Below are positions 1-5,107 of a stretch of 5,107 bases of DNA, piece by piece. The translations under genes were made by a program, and so were the position numbers. Source of the stretch: a virus (taxonomy: Duplodnaviria; Heunggongvirae; Uroviricota; Caudoviricetes); IMG/VR virus record IMGVR_UViG_3300000301_000108; one strand, 5' to 3'. How positions within the stretch are numbered: the stretch's first letter is position 1; each line of letters begins with the position of its first letter. The notes below the pieces were generated by a model, which was not told the DNA's origin, ran no database searches, and saw nothing but the letters and a program-made list of their open reading frames with translations.

Positions 1-109
1 AAATCGGTGGAGCTGCATGACAAAGTCATCGGGCATTATCTGAACATAAAACACCATCAATAAGTTGGAGTCATTACCGAAAATACTCAAATGCCCTCCT
101 CATTGGACG

Positions 110-141
110 AAAAAAATGCTGGTGGGAGCACTCCACCAGCA
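110..141 (-). terminator. Rho-independent terminator closing the minus-strand gene array
   Basis: Perfect 9-bp inverted repeat TGCTGGTGG (117-125) / CCACCAGCA (133-141) with a 7-nt loop. On the minus-strand transcript the hairpin is followed directly by a run of 7 U (plus-strand A-run 110-116). It sits about 22 nt downstream of the TGA stop at 163-165. Confidence 0.65.
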
Positions 142-162
142 TTAAAAGTGACACTGTAACTA

Positions 163-1396
163 TCAGCGAACGTAAATAGTGCCGCCGTTCTCTTTTTCCC
201 ATGCATCGCTACGTGCATAGCAAACATCGAGAAGTCTTCTTGCCGCAGTTTCCTCTAAACCCAATTCGACAACCAACTGCTCATGACGGCGGGTAACCAC
301 ATCAAACAGGGTATGCAGCCCTTTAGTTGCCAGATCATCAATGAATTCCGGTTCGAACGGCAGCTCTGCATCTGCCAACATAACCTCTTGCGCCCACTCA
401 ACTCGACGGACCAATTCCGGGCGGCGGCTTTCCATCTCTTTACAGATCAATTCATGGAAGAACTCTACCCAACCTTCCGGCTGAAACTCGCGGAAAATTG
501 CCAACGGCTGGAAGTTTGGCATCAACCATTCGTTGATTCGGATATCAATGGCATAGCCCATGTCGCAGCAGAACTGATAAGCAAAGTCCCGCTTAGAAAC
601 GATATAAGGACGCTCGTTATTGAACTCTTTAGGCGATGAGATCCCATAAGCCAGGAGGCGCGGGAAGAAGGAGATTTGCCCTAACGTCGGATGAAGTTTG
701 CTTGCAGGGAAACGGCGCTNNNNNNNNNNNNNNNNNNNNNNNNNNNNNNNNNNNNNNNNNNNNNNNNNNNNNNNNNNNNNNNNNNNNNNNNNNNNNNNNN
801 NNNNNNNNNNNNNNNTTTCCTTCTTGAGCGTCGCAAATTTGGCATTCTCATTAACCAGCGCGGTAACCTCTGCTTTTTTATTAGCAAATGCCACGCGCGC
901 CTCGCTTGCATCTTTAATAGTTTTTTTGAGCTGTTGGTTAAGGTCGGCGACCTGCTTACGCAGTTCCTGTCGCTCGCTTTTAGCTTTGTTATAGCGTTTC
1001 TCAAGGTTAAAAGGATCAAGTTTCATGATCTCTTTATATTGAGATTTTAGCGTTGAAATCTGTAAGTTCCGCAGTTCAACCATCGCGGTCATTTCATTGA
1101 GTTTTGTTTCCAGCTCAATGCTTATACGTTCGGCATTATCAGCACGCTGGTTGGCGTCATGCGTCGCATCGTCGATCGCGTCCTGTTGCTGGCGTTTCAA
1201 ATGTTCAATTTGCAGCTGAAGCTCTTCAATTTCTTTACCCTTCAGACCGAGATCCAACTGCATATTTTCAGCTGCATCTACCAGGGAGTTATGGCTATCA
1301 GCTTCTGCGTTATAAACATCAATAAGCTGTGCGTGAAGCATCTCCGCTGACTGAACCGCATTATCAAAAAAACGTGCTGTGAGGTCATCACAACTA
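163..1396 (-). CDS. Large hypothetical protein: N-terminal coiled-coil region plus C-terminal globular domain of unknown function; 5' end hidden in masked run 1397-1486
   Basis: Long minus-strand ORF with stop TGA at 163-165. The frame is open on both sides of the in-gene N-run 720-815 (96 nt, frame-preserving) and stays open from 1341 up into the N-run 1397-1486. The N-terminal half is rich in E/K/Q/L with heptad-like periodicity (e.g. EIEELQLQIEHLKRQQQ). The C-terminal ~200 aa are aromatic/Cys-containing and globular-looking. No family recognised by eye. Confidence 0.8.
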
Positions 1397-1486
1397 NNNN
1401 NNNNNNNNNNNNNNNNNNNNNNNNNNNNNNNNNNNNNNNNNNNNNNNNNNNNNNNNNNNNNNNNNNNNNNNNNNNNNNNNNNNNNN

Positions 1487-1586
1487 GCGCGGCCCGGATG
1501 TTCTGGATAATGGCCGGGATACCGGCATTCAGGACATCAGGGATAGATACATTTTCGATTGATTGGTTTTGTGCTGAAGTGCTCAT
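1487..1586 (-). CDS. Small hypothetical protein; only the N-terminal 33 codons are visible (MSTSAQNQSIENVSIPDVLNAGIPAIIQNIRAA), 3' end hidden in N-run
   Basis: ATG at 1584-1586 lies 1 nt after the TGA stop of the upstream 72-aa ORF (TGAAATG arrangement), with a weak GGAA Shine-Dalgarno. Its frame differs from the large downstream ORF, so it must end inside the masked run 1397-1486 unless there is a frameshift. Confidence 0.4.
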
Positions 1587-1587
1587 T

Positions 1588-1806
1588 TCAAAGTTCCGTA
1601 TTAGCTTGTGCTTCGGTCATTTTTCCTAAGTATGAAGGTGGAAGGACTACGCAATTTGTATCCAGTCCCTCACCTATGGCAGCCTGTAAAATTCTGGCTA
1701 AGGTGAGTCTCTTGTTGCGATACCTGGTGATGACATGCCTGATACCGCCGGTCGGCGTAACAAAGGCGATCAGCCAGTAGTGATATTTCCGTCGGAATGG
1801 CCACAT
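1588..1806 (-). CDS. Hypothetical 72-aa protein
   Basis: ATG at 1804-1806 preceded by AAGGTG (Shine-Dalgarno-like) 4 nt upstream on the minus strand. Stop TGA at 1588-1590 abuts the next start. No recognisable domain by eye. Confidence 0.5.
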   Translation of the reverse strand: MWPFRRKYHYWLIAFVTPTGGIRHVITRYRNKRLTLARILQAAIGEGLDTNCVVLPPSYLGKMTEAQANTEL

Positions 1807-1820
1807 AGTGCACCTTGTGG

Positions 1821-1886
1821 ATTGCTCTAATAAAAAACATGATGAGTGTACATCACGTTTTAAAAATAATGAATTATTAGAGCAAT
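1821..1886. promoter_or_regulatory. Nested inverted repeat / stem-loop inside the 97-bp intergenic gap (1807-1903)
   Basis: Outer perfect 13-bp inverted repeat ATTGCTCTAATAA (1821-1833) / TTATTAGAGCAAT (1874-1886). Inner imperfect 11-bp repeat AAAACATGATG (1834-1844) / CATCACGTTTT (1851-1861) with a 6-nt loop. On the minus-strand transcript the inner hairpin is followed by a U-rich tract (UUUUUUAUU). Confidence 0.5.
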
Positions 1887-1903
1887 ATTATTCTGATTCT
1901 CGC

Positions 1904-2590
1904 TCAAAAAAATGAGCTGATAAGGGGAAGCCAATCCTCTGACACTTCGCGAGGTCGCGGTTTGCCGTGGAAAAAGATTATTCGGCAGTCTTTTGGTAAT
2001 GCCCCATTCCCCCTGGAGTAACGCGCGCTCGCATATTTCGAACCAGGTTCCACAACATCGGCCTTGTAACTTACAAACCATCCCGGATACAGATCCTGAA
2101 ATGCTGGTGTATCATCACCCATAACCTTCCGCAAAAACCCCTGATCACCCCAGCATTCAGTAGTAACACAACGAGCAATCCAACCTTCCGGATCTTGCCA
2201 GAATGCACTCCAGATATGCGCTTTTACACTATTTGGTATCCACAGGGCACCGCTGCCACGATATTGTGGATGGTAAAAATCCCTAAGCATGGTGAAGCTG
2301 GTTGGTGGATTCTCTAGGATTGGGCGTATATCACCGGCAATAACCGTGTCCAAATCCAGATAGAACAGATCATCGGTTATATCCGGTCGGAACAACTCGA
2401 TTTTCGCCCACCAGCCACGGCACTTTTGCCACTGGTTGATCAATGGGACAACTTTGACGCCAGGTACATGTAAACGCTTCAGGTCTGTCAGGCAAATAAT
2501 TTCATAGCCTTTTGGCAGTTGATTAACCAGCCACTGCACATCGGAAGCGTTATAGTCACCACCAGAGCGAAGAACTAAAGCAATCTTCAT
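1904..2590 (-). CDS. GT-A fold glycosyltransferase, GT8-like (retaining-type signature), about 229 aa
   Basis: ORF from ATG 2588-2590 to stop TGA 1904-1906. Motifs: N-terminal MKIALVLRSGGDYNA (compare GT8 starts such as LgtC MDIVFAADDNYA), DxD-type ...WWAKIELFRPDITDDLFYLDLDTVI (compare LgtC YARLKLGEYIADCDKVLYLDIDVLV), and C-terminal IFFHGKPRP (compare the GT8 H-x-G-x-x-KPW motif). The start could lie further upstream inside N-run 2594-2787. Confidence 0.7.
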   Translation of the reverse strand: MKIALVLRSGGDYNASDVQWLVNQLPKGYEIICLTDLKRLHVPGVKVVPLINQWQKCRGWWAKIELFRPDITDDLFYLDLDTVIAGDIRPILENPPTSFTMLRDFYHPQYRGSGALWIPNSVKAHIWSAFWQDPEGWIARCVTTECWGDQGFLRKVMGDDTPAFQDLYPGWFVSYKADVVEPGSKYASARYSRGNGALPKDCRIIFFHGKPRPREVSEDWLPLISSFF

Positions 2591-2666
2591 GCTNNNNNNN
2601 NNNNNNNNNNNNNNNNNNNNNNNNNNNNNNNNNNNNNNNNNNNNNNNNNNNNNNNNNNNNNNNNNN

Positions 2667-3356
2667 NNNNNNNNNNNNNNNNNNNNNNNNNNNNNNNNNN
2701 NNNNNNNNNNNNNNNNNNNNNNNNNNNNNNNNNNNNNNNNNNNNNNNNNNNNNNNNNNNNNNNNNNNNNNNNNNNNNNNNNNNNNNNAAACGATCTGCGC
2801 CAGAAATTTCGCCACCAATATCATCCATCGAATCACTGATACGCTCGCGCGCCCAGACAACGTTGAAAAGCGGCACCTCCTTACCGAATTGATATTCATT
2901 ATCCGGATAGTCGGCATGGGCTATAACGATAGTTTCTTGCCCGGTGTTCAACTCAATGATATAGGGCAGTCGTCTTACCAACTCCACCAGCGCCCTGGCT
3001 AATATTTCCTGATCAGCGTCCAGCATGAAGAACCATTGACCGCCATTCATTAGCCAGTTATTCACGTTGCCATCTGGACTTAACGCATCAATCATCAGCC
3101 GCTCATGGTTCCCCATCACTGCCCTGAACCAGGGCATCTGCAATAGTTCCAGACATTCGACATTTTCAGTACCGCGATCGATAAGGTCGCCGACCGATAT
3201 CAGTAAATCCTGCGCCGGGTCAAAATCCACACGATGGAGTTCGGACATCAGTCTGGTGTAGCAACCATGCAGATCACCAACAACCCAGACATTCCTGTAT
3301 TTGGTACCGTCGATACGGTGATAAATTGTGGGTGCCATCATGTATTCTTCAGCCAT
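2667..3356 (-). CDS. Ser/Thr protein phosphatase, phage lambda PPase (ORF221/NinI)-like metallophosphoesterase
   Basis: Translation aligns along its visible length to lambda phosphatase: [78 protein letters not shown]. It contains the PPP-family GDxHG / GDxxDRG / GNHE motifs. The C-terminal ~40 codons are masked, so the 3' end (~2667) is estimated from lambda PPase length. Start may be ATG 3356 or the downstream ATGs at 3341/3338. Confidence 0.9.
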
Positions 3357-3964
3357 TCTTTAAGAGTCATCTGCGGAATACCTCCCATTTTCCCGCATGA
3401 AACAACGTCAATCTGTTCACGCGCAGACTGGAATAACAAAGGCAGGTGACTTAGATTTTTTGGCGTGCCGCCGGAGTGAACGCGTGGTTCTTGTGTAGCG
3501 TCAACGCCCACCAGGGCGACATGTTTGAATCCGATATGGAAAGCCAGGTTCAGAGCACCATATGCACTATTGCCGCTGGCAATTTCATTCTCATCTTCGC
3601 AAAGGCCGAAATGTGCGGACCAGCGCCACGCCCACCACTCGGGAGAATTCGTATTTTTTGGCTCCGTGCCGCGCTCAGCCACACGACGGAAGCACAGAAC
3701 GCCATCTCTGACTTCACGTTCTTTAACATCGGGTAGTGCCATGCAATAACAAACACCACGGCGACGGCGGCCACGACCAACGCGCCGCATATTGTCTGGC
3801 GATGGATCAAGGGTGAAAAAATAAGAAGCGCGGTTAAGCCAGTCGATGGCCCCATTGACCGCTATAATCGGCACTCCGCGCGGCGCAACAAAGTTTGCGG
3901 CGCTTGGGCCACTGCCGACGATAATAACGCGATCACTGCCTCTAAATTTATTCTTGGGAAACAT
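3338..3964 (-). CDS. Sialyltransferase-like / DUF115 (MptE/Maf-like) fold protein, paralog A (208 aa)
   Basis: ATG 3962-3964, stop TGA 3338-3340. N-terminal motif [10 protein letters not shown]...[11 protein letters not shown] resembles the h-h-h-G-N/S-GPSL ... N motif of Cst-II-type sialyltransferases and DUF115/Maf proteins. Internal [26 protein letters not shown] matches the second conserved block of that fold. The stop overlaps the phosphatase start (TGATG). Confidence 0.75.
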   Translation of the reverse strand: MFPKNKFRGSDRVIIVGSGPSAANFVAPRGVPIIAVNGAIDWLNRASYFFTLDPSPDNMRRVGRGRRRRGVCYCMALPDVKEREVRDGVLCFRRVAERGTEPKNTNSPEWWAWRWSAHFGLCEDENEIASGNSAYGALNLAFHIGFKHVALVGVDATQEPRVHSGGTPKNLSHLPLLFQSAREQIDVVSCGKMGGIPQMTLKEWLKNT

Positions 3965-4482
3965 TGAATTGCACTGCTCCTACTTGCATTCAAAATATGT
4001 AAATCTGCGTGTTTTTTGCGGGTATCCAGGAACTGCTGTTGCCATTTTGAAATAGACACCTGCGTTGGATTCCGTAGGGCTTGAGGGTGCGCGCCATGCC
4101 AATGAAGGCCGTTTTGCAGAGAACAGTCATAGCCGACTAATACCACTACTTCAGCCCCTGATTCAGCAGCCAGACTGATAGCCTGCGCGCCGCTATTTAC
4201 CCCTTCCGCCGGTCCACAATATCGCCTGTACTCCAACGAAAATGATTTCGCCGCCGCCAGGTTGGCTGTCACTTTGCGGAATCTCCCTCCCGGTATGGTG
4301 GATCCGTATTGCTTCCACCATGACAAATCACCGGCGTATAAGGCATAAATGTCATCGAACATCTGCCAGGAATTGTTAACCGCGATGATTGAACAGCCAG
4401 TTTTTTCTATAGCAGCACAGTCCTCACGAGTGAGTGACGGACCGCTACCGACACAAAAAACAGTCCTAGTCGCCCTGGGTGG
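3862..4482 (-). CDS. Sialyltransferase-like / DUF115 (MptE/Maf-like) fold protein, paralog B; 5' end hidden in N-run 4483-4598
   Basis: The frame is open from stop 3862-3864 upward past the annotated ATG at 4362 into the N-run. The upstream extension reads ...TRTVFCVGSGPSLTREDCAAIEKTGCSIIAVNNSWQMFDD, the same GSGPS...IIAVN signature as paralog A, so the true start is upstream of 4362 (probably just inside the N-run). Second block SGAQAISLAAESGAEVVVLVGYD is present. Confidence 0.7.
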   Translation of the reverse strand, partial: PPRATRTVFCVGSGPSLTREDCAAIEKTGCSIIAVNNSWQMFDDIYALYAGDLSWWKQYGSTIPGGRFRKVTANLAAAKSFSLEYRRYCGPAEGVNSGAQAISLAAESGAEVVVLVGYDCSLQNGLHWHGAHPQALRNPTQVSISKWQQQFLDTRKKHADLHILNASRSSAIQCFPRINLEAVIALLSSAVAQAPQTLLRRAECRL

Positions 4483-4598
4483 NNNNNNNNNNNNNNNNNN
4501 NNNNNNNNNNNNNNNNNNNNNNNNNNNNNNNNNNNNNNNNNNNNNNNNNNNNNNNNNNNNNNNNNNNNNNNNNNNNNNNNNNNNNNNNNNNNNNNNNN

Positions 4599-4697
4599 AT
4601 TCATTTCAGCGATTACCGGGTCCACTACAGCATCTGCTTCCTGTTCATTACGCGGCATGATCGATGCCAGCGATTCATAATTAGCCTTGAATGACAC
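4599..4697 (-). CDS. Small hypothetical ORF (MSFKANYESLASIMPRNEQEADAVVDPVIAEMN...), 3' end hidden in N-run
   Basis: GTG at 4695-4697 preceded by GGGAGA with 6-nt spacing (a strong Shine-Dalgarno). The ORF track extends this frame to a GTG at 4739, which lacks an SD. Its frame differs from paralog B, so it must terminate inside the masked run. Confidence 0.35.
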
Positions 4698-4739
4698 GAT
4701 TATTCTCCCGATGTTAATGTGCGCTATATCAAAGAGCAC

Positions 4740-4808
4740 ATATGCACTAATTAATTTATTATTTTAAGCAGCATACAACCACTTGTCGCCGTTCAATACA
4801 TGCTCAAT
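4740..4808 (-). promoter_or_regulatory. AT-rich intergenic region, candidate internal promoter for downstream minus-strand genes
   Basis: About 70-bp AT-rich stretch between the VRR-NUC-like gene and the next ORF. The minus strand carries TTGAAC and TTGTAT -35-like hexamers and TATGCT / ATTAAT -10-like hexamers, but no pair has ideal spacing. Confidence 0.25.
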
Positions 4809-4903
4809 NNNNNNNNNNNNNNNNNNNNNNNNNNNNNNNNNNNNNNNNNNNNNNNNNNNNNNNNNNNNNNNNNNNNNNNNNNNNNNNNNNNNNNNNNNNN
4901 NNN

Positions 4904-5107
4904 AAGGCTTATGTATTCCAGGATGGCGGTTATCGCTTGTTCTGCACCATACGCAAGAACGACGTAGTAACCTTCCTCTCTAAGCCTGCGCATCCAGGCG
5001 ATCTGCTCTTTCGTCGGGGCTTTACCATTTGGTTCTTTAAGCTCAATTCGCATGCGGTGATGCTGCCAACTTACTGATTTAGTGTATGATGGTGTTTTTG
5101 AGGTGCT
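4904..5107 (-). CDS. VRR-NUC domain (PD-(D/E)xK-type) nuclease-like protein, partial: 5' end beyond window, 3' end inside N-run 4809-4903
   Basis: Minus-strand frame is open from the window edge. Visible sequence ...RMRIELKEPNGKAPTKEQIAWMRRLREEGYYVVLAYGAEQAITAILEYISL matches the C-terminal half of VRR-NUC domains (E-x-K catalytic motif, then a helix). Such genes are typical of lambdoid early regions. Confidence 0.6.

Noticed and set aside
1-63. Possible 3' end of a plus-strand gene (frame ends with TAA at 61-63), or a minus-strand ORF starting at 34-36 and running off the left edge
   Set aside because: Only about 20 codons are visible in either case, with no ribosome-binding site or recognisable motif. 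Cannot be supported from this window.
283-639. Plus-strand ORF of 118 aa
   Set aside because: Lies entirely antisense within the well-supported minus-strand coiled-coil gene, has no Shine-Dalgarno and a low-complexity translation. Treated as a shadow ORF.
691-1050. Plus-strand ORFs (691..1050, 698..994, 636..827) and minus ORF 681..1019 around the first N-run
   Set aside because: Largely made of masked X residues and overlapping the long minus-strand gene in other frames. Artefacts of reading through the N-run.
1104-1350. Plus-strand ORFs 1104..1325 and 1159..1350
   Set aside because: Antisense to the coiled-coil gene with no initiation signals. Shadow ORFs.
2556-2917. ORF-track extensions: phosphatase ORF continued to 2556 and glycosyltransferase ORF continued up to 2917
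   Set aside because: Both extensions are read-through across the 194-nt N-run. The glycosyltransferase-like gene has a clean ATG at 2590, and the phosphatase should end inside the masked run by comparison with lambda PPase length.
3476-3855. Plus-strand ORFs 3476..3736, 3525..3749 and minus-strand ORF 3550..3855
   Set aside because: Embedded in alternative frames of paralog A, which carries conserved motifs. Translations are Arg/Ser/Pro-rich in the way typical of off-frame reads of coding DNA.
4737-4748. Short palindrome-like sequence around CATATG in the AT-rich gap
   Set aside because: Not self-complementary beyond the 6-bp core. Too short to distinguish from chance in AT-rich DNA.
1-5107. 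CRISPR arrays, tRNA/rRNA genes, IS elements or integrase
   Set aside because: No short direct repeats with regular spacing, no cloverleaf-like or rRNA-like conserved sequence, and no transposase or integrase-like ORF were seen. Nothing to report.

Overview
All convincing coding capacity lies on the minus strand, forming a tightly packed operon-like array that reads from beyond the right edge down to a rho-independent terminator at about 110-141. The array looks like a lambdoid prophage early/nin-type accessory region. In transcription order it contains: a partial VRR-NUC-like nuclease gene, a small ORF, two tandem paralogous genes with a sialyltransferase-like/DUF115 (MptE/Maf-like) nucleotide-sugar-binding signature, a lambda-type Ser/Thr protein phosphatase, a compact GT8-like GT-A glycosyltransferase, a structured 97-bp intergenic region, two small ORFs, and a large coiled-coil protein of unknown function. 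Five masked N-runs (720-815, 1397-1486, 2594-2787, 4483-4598, 4809-4903) hide several gene boundaries, so several start/stop coordinates are estimates. No rRNA, tRNA, CRISPR array or transposase was seen. The main candidate for something new is the three-gene glycosyltransferase-type module next to the phosphatase, plus the unassigned module with the coiled-coil protein at the 3' end. All family assignments are from motifs read by eye, not from database searches.
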